NCBI GenBank assembly: GCA_951406725.2
Contig: OX597833.1
Span: forward strand, 18,042,001 to 18,106,000
Source of the DNA: Octopus vulgaris
Taxonomy: Eukaryota
Length of the DNA: 64,000 nucleotides
Reading direction: 5' to 3'
Positions 1 through 11,499 of the stretch are shown piece after piece. Numbering within the stretch: position 1 is the stretch's first letter; the number at the start of each line of letters is the position of its first letter. A program made the position numbers and the translations under genes. The notes beneath the pieces are model-generated. The model was not told the DNA's origin. It saw only the letters and a list, made by a program, of their open reading frames with translations, and ran no database searches.

Positions 1-8
1 AGCCTGTC

Positions 9-75
<67 letters not shown>

Positions 76-234
76 TAAGAAAGTTGGTTTGTGAAAGCAC
101 GTGGTTGAATATATAGAAAATAGTAAAAAGTGAAAAAACTACAGAAGGCTTGTTTTAAAAGGTTAAAGAATATATATTTAAGTCAATATGTCTGAAGAAT
201 ATTATAAATTTTTTCTTACAATGACATAGTTTAG

Positions 235-273
235 AAGAAAGACCGGTTTCGCGTTTAGCTTTTCAAATTTCTT
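235..273 (-). ncRNA. Minimal type I hammerhead ribozyme motif, U3-A8 covariant core
   Basis: Minus strand AAGAAA-U-UUGAAAA-GC-UAAAC-GC-GAAA-CCGG-UC/UUUCUU: 6-bp stem I, palindromic stem III, GUC cleavage triplet; lies in the 3' end of the PLE. Confidence 0.75.
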
Positions 274-312
274 ACGTCGTTATGTTTATGTTTAGAAGAG
301 TTATCGTTATGT

Positions 313-960
313 TTATGTTGAAAAGAGTTCTAAATAAGGGGAGGTAATAAGTGATTTCTTCCGATGTAAGGGAGATAATCGCTTAAAATTTTTTCCTTTC
401 CTTTGGGGTGAATTTCTCTGTATAAGTATGTTGGTATGGTTAAGTCTGGGCTTGTACTTTTCAATGAAGAATGTTTCCTTGTTTAGTCTAGTTTGTGTTG
501 ATGATCCGATAGCACATTGGTAAAATGGAAAGATTAAAAATTGTGGTAGTAGTTGCTTTGCGCATTTCTCAATGTGCTCACTAAAAGGTATCATTCTGTA
601 TTCTGGGAATGCAATCTGTTGTCGATGCAGTGTGCATCTACGTCTGAGTGATAGTCCCGTGGATCCCACGTAGTCTTGGTGGCAGCCCGAGCATTTTATG
701 ACATAAATTATGTTTTCAGAGGCACAAGTAAAATTAGATTTGATCTTGAATTTCTGTCCCTCTTTGAAGAGGAATTCTGATCCTTCTAGCAGGTTTGGAC
801 ATGTTGCACAGTTCGGTCTACCACATTTTTTTTTACTTTTGCATCCGTAATTTCAGAAAACAATTTTGCCTTTGTGAGAATCTTTTTAAGTGATTTAGGT
901 TGTTTGTAGCTTTTAATGATTTGGTGTATGTTTAGAATTTCCTTTAATTTGAGGTCCTTA
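313..960 (-). pseudogene. PLE ORF C-terminus (linker + GIY-YIG endonuclease), frameshifted and 5'-truncated
   Basis: ORFs 786..974 and 313..669 plus the intervening frame give IIYVIKC..C...YVG and CxxPxCxxC motifs. Confidence 0.85.
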
Positions 961-985
961 TGAAGTTTTTTCACTTTTTACTATT

Positions 986-1047
<62 letters not shown>

Positions 1048-1055
1048 GTGTGTGT

Positions 1056-1087
<32 letters not shown>

Positions 1088-1456
1088 TTGACTACCACCA
1101 CCGATTGACAACCGGCAGTGTTATTACGTCTCGAACCAAGCAAGAACTGCATCCTCACATCATAACGATCTGCGTTTGGTGAGTGAGGAAAGGGCTAATC
1201 CACTACAAAAACTGCTTAAAACAACCATGCGGTCAATGTAGAGTTTTACATTCAGCAAATGAACCGGCTGTAGGAGAGAAACCGGCAAGACAGTCGGATC
1301 TTTTCTGTTTGGTCTCCACTTTTCAATACCTTCAATTTTTTTCTAATCGACTTCAGATTTGGTGTATTGGTGTAGTTTTGTATACTAATTATGTAAATGA
1401 AATTTTTTTTGCCATAAATTAATAACTAAAATGTTTTTTTTTAAAATAAATAAATG

Positions 1457-1702
1457 TGCCCTTTTCAAGCCTAGCCAGGCTCATGGGCCCGGTTTCTCGG
1501 TTTCAATGGCGTATGTGTTCCCCAGCTGGACTGGACGTTGTCCATCGCAGCGTTACTCATTTTTGCCAGCTGAGTGGACTGGGGCAACGCGAAATGAAAT
1601 ATTTTGCTCAAGAACACAACGCATCGTCCGGTCCAGGAATCGAAACCACAATCTTACGATCAAGATGCTGACACCCTAACCACTAAGCCAACGCGCCTTC
1701 AC
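1457..1702 (-). mobile_element. tRNA-derived SINE (family C)
   Basis: A-box TGGCTTAGTGG and B-box GTTTCGATTCC on the minus strand, followed by TTGTGTTCTTGAGCAA..CACTCAGCTGG body. Confidence 0.75.
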
Positions 1703-2100
1703 AACTAAAATGTTACTGGCTTTTAAATTTTGCGATTTGTTTATTTGATCGCAAACTTTTGTTTTTGAATTCCGCTACAAAATATTTATGTTTACATGAA
1801 CTGAAGTAGTTTGGTTTTTCTTAACTTAACGTTCAGTTTCTTTCTCTCTTTTTCTTTTTTTTGGGAGGGGGGGGGGTTAATTTTCCGCATTACTAGCCTC
1901 TTCTAAAATTTCGCATGGCTTTATCATAACTTTATTTCTTTAAAATTTTGTAGGAGAGGGAAGGACCGATCCACCACAAAATGCTTAAAACAACATGCAG
2001 TCAATGTAGAGCTTTACGTTCGACAAATATTTTGTCGTTGTAATGTTATCATCACGCACAAAACGCCAGCTTTCAAATCCTGTTTTCTGACTCTCTCTCT

Positions 2101-2511
2101 CTCTTTTACTTTTTAACTTGTTTCAGGCATTTGACTGCGGCCATGCTGGAGCACCGCCTTTAGTCGAGCAAATCGACCCCGGGACTTATTCTTTGTAAGC
2201 CCAGTACTTATTCTATCGGTGTCTTTTTGCCGAACCGCTAAGTGACGAGGACGTAAACACACTAGCATCGGTTGTCAAGCAATGCTAGGGGGACAAACAC
2301 AGACACACAAACTTATACACACACATATATATATATACACATATATACGACAGGCTTTTTTCAGTTTCCATCTACCAAATCCACTCACAAGGCATTGGTC
2401 GGCCCGGGGCTATAGCAGAAGACACTTGCCCAAGATGCCACGCAGTGGGACTGAACCCGGAACCATGTGGTTGGTTAGCAAGCTACTTACCACACAGCCA
2501 CTCCTGCGCCT
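2101..2511 (-). mobile_element. tRNA/CORE-type SINE (family A) with internal microsatellite
   Basis: Head GGCGCAGGAGTGGCTGTGTGGTAAG..GGTTCAGTCCC, CORE-like CTTGGGCAAGT, tail TGACTGAAACAAGTAAAAGAG; near-identical to many other copies in the window. Confidence 0.9.
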
Positions 2512-2790
2512 ATGGTAAAAATTATCCAACTTTAAGCCTCTGTAACATTTTTCTAAAAAAAAAATTTCCGAAACAAGTGAATAACAACATCAAATTCAGC
2601 CTGAAAAAAGTTATATATTAATACACCAAATTTGAAAATTTTCTCTTAATTCTAAATCTTTAAAAATAAAGCCAAAGAGGAAAGACCCAAACAATTTGTT
2701 TCTTCACTTCGACAACACTCGCCCCAACGTTGCTACGTTGACCAGAAGTGGTATTCAAGAGATCTGTTGGGAATTTCTACTACACCCACT

Positions 2791-3223
2791 CAGGGCCGGA
2801 TTAAGACCCATCGAGGCCCTAAGCCCTTAAAAGATTTTGGTGTCCCCATAAAAGATTATGTAATTCAAAATATAAACAATAACAAACCATGAAATAAATT
2901 TTTATTTCTCAAAACGAAACAAAACAGTAAAAGGGAAAATAATGTTTATTTTTCTATACTTCCTCTTTATTTATATTTGAAAAGTTTCCTCCTACTTTTC
3001 TGAATTGCAAAGTCTTTGATCAGATCCTAAAAATTAATCTTAGGTAACACATCTTCATCTATACTTAGTAGATATAAAGGCATCCCGAATATTATTTTAG
3101 CAAGTTTAAAGTCATTTCATTTGTGCCGTAAACTATTTACCATTGACCATTTCTGTGGTGTCCCCTCCTTCCCTTGATGCCTTAAGCACGTGCTTATTTT
3201 GCTCAATGGTTAATCCAGTGCTG
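2791..3223. mobile_element. Non-autonomous DNA transposon (hAT-like MITE); second truncated copy at ~3260-3446
   Basis: Ends CAGGGCCGGATTAA ... TTAATCCAGTGCTG; the first ~190 bp are repeated at 3260-3446. Confidence 0.65.
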
Positions 3224-4738
3224 TGTGAGTGTTTATATATAGATATATATATTGTGTGTGCGGGGCCAGACTAAGATCTATCGGGGCCCTAAGCCCTTAA
3301 AAGATTTTGGTGTCCCCATAAAAGCTTATGTAATTCAAAATATAAACAATAACAAACCAGAAAATAAATTTTTATTTTTCAGAACGAAACAAACTGTAAG
3401 AGGGAAAATAATGTTTATTTTTGTATACTTCCTCTTTATATTTGAAACATGTCAAGCGTTGGAAAAGCATTTACAAAAAACCACGTGTGTTTACAAAGTG
3501 ATATTTTACGATGTATTTCCTGTTTGTACCCATCTTTTTCTGCTCTTAAAACTACTCTTATTTTTCGCATTCAATGCATATTGAATGCTTAAAACTACAA
3601 AATACGTGTCGTTTACTCGTTTTTTGGTCAGTTTTCGCTTATTAAATACTTAAAACACGTGCTATCGTCGCAATGTTGACATCATTATTTTGTCGTCTTA
3701 AAATTGCAGTCACACAGAAAATGACAGATTCCAAATCTTGTTTTCTGGCTGGGAAAAATAAAAATTTAAATTTAAATCCCTATAACTTTAAAAAAAAAAA
3801 AATTCTGGAGAAAGTGACTTAGACCCAGAAATTCAGCATAAAAATCACCTCAATACACCAAATTTTAAAATTTTCATTTAATTTTAAAATTTAAAAAAAG
3901 TGCAGTCAGACAGAAAAGATTATTAAAATTTAGACCCTTGTAACTTCAAAAAAGAGATTATACGACATTCGAAAACTGCACTGACCTCAAGCCTCTACCT
4001 CCTTTACCCCTCCTTAGGTAGAACATGTCGATATCACCGTTCTTGTGAAGATTTCCAGTTGATGTCAATGTCATGCGGGTTTTAACGTCTATGGAGAGAA
4101 TTTCTTCTACCGACCAATTAAAAGATCCAATTAAAAGGGAGTAAAAAAAACGAACGAAAATATCTGACGACCCACTATTAGCGTAGCTCGAGTGTGTGCC
4201 GCCGAGGGTGGTCCATCAGTGCCGCACGGGGTAAACTGCTCGCTCTAGCTATGGTAGTGGATATAAATATAAACAGACGCGCGCATATATATTCACACAC
4301 ATGCACACATGCATGCGTATAAACACACACACACACACACATTACATTACATTTGGAAACACTGTCCTTCCATTTATCATTTTTCTTTTATTCCTCCTTT
4401 TTCGCTTTTTTCCTTCCTTTCTTCCCACTCCTCATCATTTATATCCATCAATCTAAATCACTTTACACTCAGAGACAATAACAGCCAACAACTTGGGCAT
4501 TTGTCTATTCAGCCAGAACTTGTCATTCTTAAAAGTTAATCCCTAAAAGCAATTTCAATTCAGTTCTCACATATTCCTATAGAATTACAAGAACATAGGA
4601 GTGGCTCTATTCGTACACACATATTTGTAACACACACCTGCGAATACTGAATTCTAATTATAACACCCCACATTTCAAATTCCAATTTCAATTTACTTCT
4701 ACCCCATCCCCGCACTCACCCAGACTTAACCTTTAGAG

Positions 4739-5366
4739 CAGGGGTTCTCAACCATTCTTTTTTCATCTATGAACCCTTTGAGAACTATTTTATTCTGGTG
4801 GATCCCCATAGGCATTCATTGTTTAAAAACTAGAGTAAAGCTTATTTGCCAAATTAAAGGGTCAGTCCTGATTAGGACCAATGTCACTGTTATTTAGCCC
4901 CAGGAAAACATCGACTCCAGAGACGATAATAATAGCTACATTGGTCCTAATCAGAATTTCCACTTTATGTTGGCAAATAAGCTTTACTCTATTGTACTGT
5001 TGCTGCATGTTTGTCGTTCAGAGATTTAGAACTAATAATTTCTCTGTTTAAAAACTAATTTTGAAGGATACCTCTTTCAAAACTCCTATTTTGTTTTTCA
5101 CACATTAACTTGCGGATGTTGAACTGTGTAAAATGTTAAACAAAGAAACTTGGCTGTTTCTTGCAATAAATACCAATACAATAAAAAAAAATTTACATGG
5201 GCCCTTAAAATTTTCATGGGCCCTTAAAATTTTCATGAGCACTTAAAATTTTCATGGGCTCTTAAAATACTATTGTGAATGCCCAATTTACTATTTTGTT
5301 ACATGGACCCCATAAAATCTTATATGGGCCCTTAGGGGCTACATGGACTCTGGTTGAGAACCACGG
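4739..5366. mobile_element. hAT MITE with 8-bp TSD, containing a nested fold-back insertion
   Basis: Terminal inverted repeats (TIRs) CAGGGGTTCTCAACC / GGTTGAGAACCACGG; perfect TSD CTTTAGAG at 4731-4738 and 5367-5374. Confidence 0.9.
4833..5044. mobile_element. Fold-back insertion with 13-bp direct repeat, nested in the hAT MITE
   Basis: Inverted arms spanning 4831-4991 (TAGAGTAAAGCTTATTTGCCAA / TTGGCAAATAAGCTTTACTCTA) plus a ~50-bp unpaired tail; TGTTTAAAAACTA at 4820-4832 and 5045-5057. Confidence 0.7.
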
Positions 5367-5431
5367 CTTTAGAGTTATTCCCATAAGTCTCTTTTTCTTC
5401 CCTGCGGCTATTGGCGAGTCTTGGTGCAGAC

Positions 5432-5786
5432 CAGTGGATTCTCAACAATGTTTCACTTGTGGACCCCTCTTTGATTATTGTTTTATTCAGGTGGACCCCC
5501 ATAGACATTCGAGGTGTAAAAGCAAGTTCTATAAATGCTTCTTTCAAAATTCTTATTTCCTCATCACACAATGTCTTGTGTAGGTTGAACTACATAAAAC
5601 AGCAGAGAAAGAAATATAGTTGTTTCTTGAAAATAAATACATCTAAAAGTAAGTATATTTTTTTTCTTAAAATACTATCGTGATCCTCAAATTACTATTT
5701 TGCTAGCGTGGAATCCACCCCCACCCCCGCTAAAAAATCTTACATAGACACCCAGGAGTCATATGGACCCCGGTTGAGAACTACTG
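5432..5786. mobile_element. Older hAT MITE related to 4739-5366
   Basis: CAGTGGATTCTCAAC ... GTTGAGAACTACTG; imperfect TSD GTGCAGAC/GCGTAGAC; internal similarity to the first copy. Confidence 0.75.
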
Positions 5787-5810
5787 GCGTAGACAGTCAA
5801 CTTTTTAATA

Positions 5811-6294
5811 CATGGGAAAATGCGAGCATGAAAAATAATATTCTTAAAATTATAAACCTGGAAAAGTTCAGGACAAGCTCTTACTTGTAGTAAAGTAAAG
5901 AATAAGAAACTTGTTACTTAAAATATTGCAGCAAAGAATGCCAGTTCTTCTAATTTATCACTCTTTACATTTCTCGTCTTTTAAATTTATTGTACAAAAC
6001 TGTTCAGCTAATTTGTAAGTTTGTTTAATTAGTTACTTTTTTATGTATTTAAGCTAGTAAATTAGCCAAATTCTACTTAAATAAGTATAGTGTTATTTGT
6101 AAACTATAATACACTAATTTTTGATATTCAAATTTTAATTTTAGCTGCAATATTTTAAGTAAAAAGTTTCTTATTCTTCACTTTACTGGAAGTAGTAGCT
6201 TGTCCTATACTTTTCCAGGTGTAATAACTTGTTCTGTACTTTTCCAGGTTTATAATCTTAAGGAAATTACTTTTCACGCTCGCATTTTTCCCTG
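5811..6294. mobile_element. Tc1/mariner-type MITE with long TIRs and TA TSD
   Basis: ~125-bp inverted arms (CATGGGAAAATGCGAGC.. / ..GCTCGCATTTTTCCCTG), TA on both sides. Confidence 0.75.
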
Positions 6295-7329
6295 TAATCC
6301 ATGATTTTTCCAGGCATTGCTATTATCACATAATTAATAATGTGTCAATTAATGATTTAAGATTTTACCTTATAAAATACTGAAAGATAAATATTTCAAT
6401 TTTTCCATGTAAGTGATGATAATATTTAAATTTTTTTCACGTTTAATTTAAATATATGTTGTGATTGAACATTAAATTAATGGCAGGAATTTTTACCATC
6501 TTGTTGGTTGCACCATAGCTCACCAAAAGTTACAAACAAGACCGCAAAACCATCAGTTACCAGGCTCACGTTAAGTAACCTAGATTTTGAGTTGGTGATA
6601 ATAGCACTGACTGCTGCTAATCTAGATCTATCAATAATTATTCAATACAACAGTAATTATAAAAGCATATCAGACATACACAAGTTAAAATTACATACAT
6701 GCCATTATATAAATTTGATTAGTGAAAAATCCCTTTTAATTAATTTTAAAATGTAAAAGTAAATTTGGAATATAAGCATTTTTAACAAATGCCTTTTCTC
6801 GACAGCCTTACTACATGCTTTCAAGTCTGCCCATAGAGACACAGCCAAAAATTACTACATTCCTGCCCCAATAAATTTAGATGCATATATCTGAAGCATA
6901 TAATGCATTAATGAACTAGTCTGATTAAATAATTAACTAAAAAGAAAAGGAGAGCAACTAAAAAGGAAAAAAAAAAAAAAAAGCAGAAAGCAAGTTAATT
7001 AAAGCTGAAAGAGAAAATTAATAATTAAAGTTAAACTAATTCAACAGCATATTAAAAATAACTTTATTAAATATTTAATTAAAAAAATAAAATACACGAA
7101 AGGCAAAGTCGACCTCTTTTACTACCTCTTGATAACTAGTGTTGCTTTGTATACGTCGCTATAACTTAACAGTTCGGTAAAAGACACCAATAGAATAAAT
7201 ATTAGTCTTGCTGTAAGCACTACAGCTGATTTGTTCGACTAAACCCTTCAAGACAGTGCTGCAGCATGGCCGTGGTCGAATGACAGAACCAAATGAAGGA
7301 TAACAAGTAAAGAGAAAAGATATGTTGAT

Positions 7330-7757
7330 AGGAGTGGCTGTGTGGTAAGTAGCTTGCTTACCAACCACATGGTTCTGGGTTCAGTCTCACTGCGTGGCAC
7401 CTTGGGCAAGTGTCTTCTACTATAGCCTCGGGCCGACCAAAGCCTTGTGAGTGGATTTGGTAGACGGAAACTGAAAGAAGCCCGTCGTATATATGTATAT
7501 ATATATGTGTGCGTGTGTGTGTGTGTGTGTGTGTATGTTTGTGTGTCTGTTTGTCTCCCCACGCCTAACATCGCTTGACAACCGATGCTGGTGTGTTTAC
7601 GCCCCCGTAATCTAGCGGTTCGGCAAAATAGACCGATAGAATAAGTACTAGGCTTACAAAGAATAAGTCCTGGGGTTGATTTGCTCGACTAAAGGCGGTG
7701 CTTCAGCACGGCCGCAGTCAAATGACTGAAACAAGTAAAAGAGTAAAGAGAGAGTAA
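7330..7757 (+). mobile_element. SINE family A (older partial copy immediately upstream, ~7150-7315)
   Basis: Full head-body-tail match to other copies. Confidence 0.9.
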
Positions 7758-7815
7758 AGTGTATGCTAAAGCGCATAGGTCCAACCCAGGAATCACAAAC
7801 GAAAAGTTGTAAGAA

Positions 7816-8162
7816 TCATCATCTTCATCATCAACATCATGATCATGATCATGATCATGATCATAATCGTTTAACGTTCGTTCTCCATGCTAGCATGGGT
7901 TGGAAGGTTCGACCGGGATCTGGGAAACCAGAAGGCTGCACCAGACTCCAGTCTGATCTGGCTGTGTTTCTACAGCTGGATGCCCTTCCTAACGCCAACC
8001 ACTCCGTGAGTGTAGTGGGTGCTTTTTACGTGCCATCAGCACAGGTGCCAAGCGAGGCTGGCAACGGTCACGTTCGGATTGGTGCTTTTTACGTGCCACC
8101 GGCACAGGGATCACAACTACAATTTCCATTGATTTTTGATGTTGGTGTACTTGACTCAGTGG
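7816..8162 (-). mobile_element. RTE-associated SINE/LINE 3' end with (GAT)n tail
   Basis: Minus strand GGTTGGCGTTAGGAAGGGCATCCAGCTGTAGAAAC ... CCATGCTAGCATGGAG..CGTTAAACG followed by (ATG)n; related copy at 52285-52445. Confidence 0.7.
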
Positions 8163-8443
8163 GAAAAGCTGTAAGAATCATTTAGAATTTTTCACTGTGC
8201 CATTGTATTTGGAGAATGCCAAATCTGTTTACCATGGCTCTTTCTTGGAGAACCCCAGCAAATCTGTTGCTACTTAACCCAGCGTACCTATGATAGTAAG
8301 TACAAATGAAATCTATAGCCGGGATATAAGAGCTGTAAATTTCTCGTTAGTTCACAGTAAATGCTTTTCCCTTGTTTTGGATGACACATTCATATCCGTT
8401 CGGCAGCTGATCTCTACAACAGTGCATGAATTTTGCTCTTTGA

Positions 8444-8777
8444 ATGTATGTATGTATGTATGTATGTATGTATGTATGTATGTATGTATGTATGTATGTA
8501 TGTATGTATGTATGTATGTATGTATGTATGTATGTATGTGTGTGTGTGTATGTATGTATGTTTGTATGTATATATGTATGTTTGTATGTATGTATGTATG
8601 TATGTATGCATGCATGCATGTATGTATGTATGCATGTATATATGTATTATGTATGTGTGTATGTATGTATGTATGTATGTATGTATGTATGTATGTATGT
8701 ATGTATGTATGTATGTATGTGTGTGTGTATGTATGTGTGTATGTATGTATGTATGTATGTATGTATGTATGTATGTA
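8444..8777. repeat. (ATGT)n microsatellite
   Basis: Direct inspection. Confidence 0.95.
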
Positions 8778-8970
8778 TTATGCTATCTTTATATTTTTAA
8801 TTTTTTGAATTCTTTCTTTTAGGAAGCAGCTGGTTTCTGACAAAGATGCAAAGCTCCATTGTTGGAATGTAGGTAACAAAAACAAATCCATATTTTAAAC
8901 TTGAGAAAAGTCTTGCATATTTTACCTGTTCCGCTCGCAGATTACATTTGTTATGTGCAACTAAGCTTCA

Positions 8971-9451
8971 CTCTTTTTTTTACTCTTCTACTTGTTTCAG
9001 TCATTTGACTGCGGCCATGCTGGAGCACCGCCTTTAGTCGAACAAATCGACTCCAGGACTTATTCTTTGTAAGCCTAGTACTTATTCTATCGGCCTCTTT
9101 TGCCGAACCGCTAAGTTACGGTGATGTAAACACATCGGTTGTCAAGCAATGTTGGGGGTACAAACAGACACACAAACATATACACACACACATACATACA
9201 TACATACAGACAGACAGACAGACATGCATACATGCATACATACATACATGCATACATACATGCATACATATATACATACATGCATACATATATACATACA
9301 TGCATACATACATACATACATACATACATACATACATAAATACATACATACATACATACATACATACGACGGGCTTCTTTCAGTTTCCGTCTAAACCCGG
9401 AACTATGTGGTTCGTAAGCAAGCTACTTATCACACAGCCACTCCTACGCCT
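8971..9451 (-). mobile_element. SINE family A, internally deleted, with expanded (ACAT)n
   Basis: Match to family A; part of the 8778-10051 tandem duplication. Confidence 0.85.
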
Positions 9452-9632
9452 GTTATGTTATCTTTATATTTTTGATTATTTGAATTCTTTCTTTTAGGAA
9501 GCAGCTGGTTTCTGACAAAGATTGCTGGAATGTAAATAACAAAAACAAATCCACATTTTAAACTTGAGAAAAGTCTTGCATATTTTTCTTATTCCGCTTG
9601 CGGATTGTATTTGTTATGTGCAACTAAGCTTC

Positions 9633-10051
9633 ACTCTTTACTCTTTACACTTATACTTGTTTTAGTCATTTGACTGCGGCCATGCTGGAGCACCGCCTTT
9701 AGTCGAGCAAATCGACCCCGGGAATTATTCTTTGTAAGCCCTGTACTTATTCTATCGGTCTCTTTTGCCGAACCGCTAAGTGACGGGGACGTAAACACAC
9801 CAGTATCGGTTGTCAAGCAATGCTAGTGGGAGAAACACAGACACACAAACACACACGCACACATACATACATATATATATATATATACGACGGGCTTCTT
9901 TCAGTTTCCGTCTACCAAATCCACTCACAAGGCTTTGGTCGGCCCGAGGTTATAGAAGAAGACACTTGCCCAAGGTGCCACGCAGTGGGACTGAACCAGG
10001 AACCATGTGGCTGGTAAGCAAGCTACTTACTACACAGCCACTCCTGCGCCT
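9633..10051 (-). mobile_element. SINE family A
   Basis: Full-length match. Confidence 0.9.
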
Positions 10052-10162
10052 GTATGCGCGTGTATTTTTTTTCATTTTTAATGCTTGCATTGTCTTTTAA
10101 TATGTGAATATTTTATATCATATAGTCGTTGGTGTTGTTTAAAATAGAACTGTATGACTATA

Positions 10163-10384
10163 CAGGTACAACACAGATTTTCCGGAACCTCTAGTCATAA
10201 AACCTTTCTAAAATTACTGACTTTTCCGAAGTAGGGGTAGTCACCTTGGTCAACATACTCTAAATTAAGCAACTATTAAATTTACTTCAATAGTTAAATG
10301 AAATACAGGTACCTGCAGATTGGCGTAAATTATTCTAAGTTATAAGAGGTTCAGAACTATGAGGGTCCGGAAAGTCTTCGTTGT
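10163..10384. mobile_element. Degenerate MITE (imperfect long inverted repeat)
   Basis: TACAACACAGATTTTCCGGAACCTCTAGT versus ACTATGAGGGTCCGGAAAGTCTTCGTTGTA. Confidence 0.45.
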
Positions 10385-10829
10385 AATGAGATTTGGCTGC
10401 GGTTTCTAGTAGACTATATTAATGAATCGGAATCTCACCGCGAGTTAAAACCATCGAAATTTCACAGTGTCCGTGTATCAGAATCATTTACAAGGCATTG
10501 GTTGGCCCGGAGCTCTAGTGGAAGACACTTGCCCAAGGTGTCACACAGCCGAGCTTCTTAACCACACAGTCAAGAACACCGGATAATTCAACAACACCAG
10601 ATAGATTTTTAAATAAGAACTGCTTACAGGAGAAATTCGAAGAACTTTTCGAAAAATTTATGGGTGGAGATAATTCTGCCTTTTGTCGTTGAATTATGAT
10701 GTGTTTATAGATCTGCACTTCCTAATATAAAATTACATACGTTTGCTGAAAACGACCGTTGTAAAACCAAAAATGTGCTTCGCTGATGAAACATTGTGAG
10801 TCATCTTGATATTTGATGACAACAAATCT

Positions 10830-11295
10830 CTTCAAATTTCAAAAATCCTTGTTAGGACTCTTACAGAATATAGGATGGTATTTTTCTGCAGTTCCAATCT
10901 CTTTCATTCTTTTACGCAGCATTTTGGGTGTTGTGCCAAGTGCACCAATTAGCACAGGAATAATGCTTGTCTTGGTCTTCCACAGTCTCTTCAGCTCACT
11001 AACTAGATCCTGATATTTCTCAGTTTTTTCGATCTCTTTGGCTTCGTCCCTGTTATCATAGGGAAAAGCTAAGTCTATGATCCCATATTGTTTATTTTGC
11101 CCTCTATGATCATATCCGGTTTTATTGCTTCAAAAGTATAGTAAGTCTTCATGGGAAAAAAACCCCATAAGATCCTACATTTTATCGCTGGTTTGCGTTC
11201 ATACTACTTTTTTGCTATTTTGAAACCACACACACAGCTGACATCCCAAAGCACTCTTTTACTTATACAGTCGTGCCTACGCTCATATTTTCGTC
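10830..11295 (-). mobile_element. Dong/R4-clade non-LTR retrotransposon 3' fragment (restriction-like endonuclease)
   Basis: Minus translation EIEKTEKYQDLVSELKRLWKTKTSIIPVLIGALGTTPK and upstream RRHDCI..VLW, typical of the R4/Dong endonuclease. Confidence 0.75.
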
Positions 11296-11499
11296 TACTT
11301 TCCTGAAAAGTCTACATTTGTTGTCTGACTGAGCTTTGTCAGATTCTTTTCTAATAACTTGTCCTGAGCGGCTATAATTAGTGTTTCCGTTTCTCGTTCA
11401 AGGTTCCGTCCGTCAACCAGAATCAGCAGTTTTTACTTCCAGCATTTTCGGTTTGCTGCATGAATTGGCCCTGAATTTCTATTTCTTTTCATTTGCTTG

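Larger units (their letters stand above)
74..993 (-). mobile_element. 5'-truncated Penelope-like retroelement (PLE) with GIY-YIG endonuclease remnant, hammerhead motif and inverted terminal copy, flanked by (TA)n
   Basis: Minus strand reads KKCGRPNCATCPNL..KSNFTCASENIIYVIKCSGCHQDYVGSTG..RRRCTLH..E..FI..YKPRLN, a PLE-type GIY-YIG domain with a frameshift in the T-run near 826-834. The 30 bp at 111-140 recur inverted at 964-993. Both ends abut (TA)n. Confidence 0.9.

Noticed and set aside
2282-2518. Recurrent ORFs with [29 protein letters not shown] or YPQGAKHRGDKQGQT
   Set aside because: Chance frames of SINE families A and B; start and stop positions vary among copies.
5196-5268. Four 19-bp repeats CATGGGCCCTTAAAATTTT
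   Set aside because: No spacers, inside a hAT MITE, eukaryotic context; a minisatellite, not CRISPR.
8290-9497. ORFs such as MYVCMYVC.., HTYIHTYI.., IYIYIY.. here and at 14-15, 17, 21-23, 35, 37-39 and 46-47 kb
   Set aside because: Translations of stop-free microsatellites; no coding evidence.
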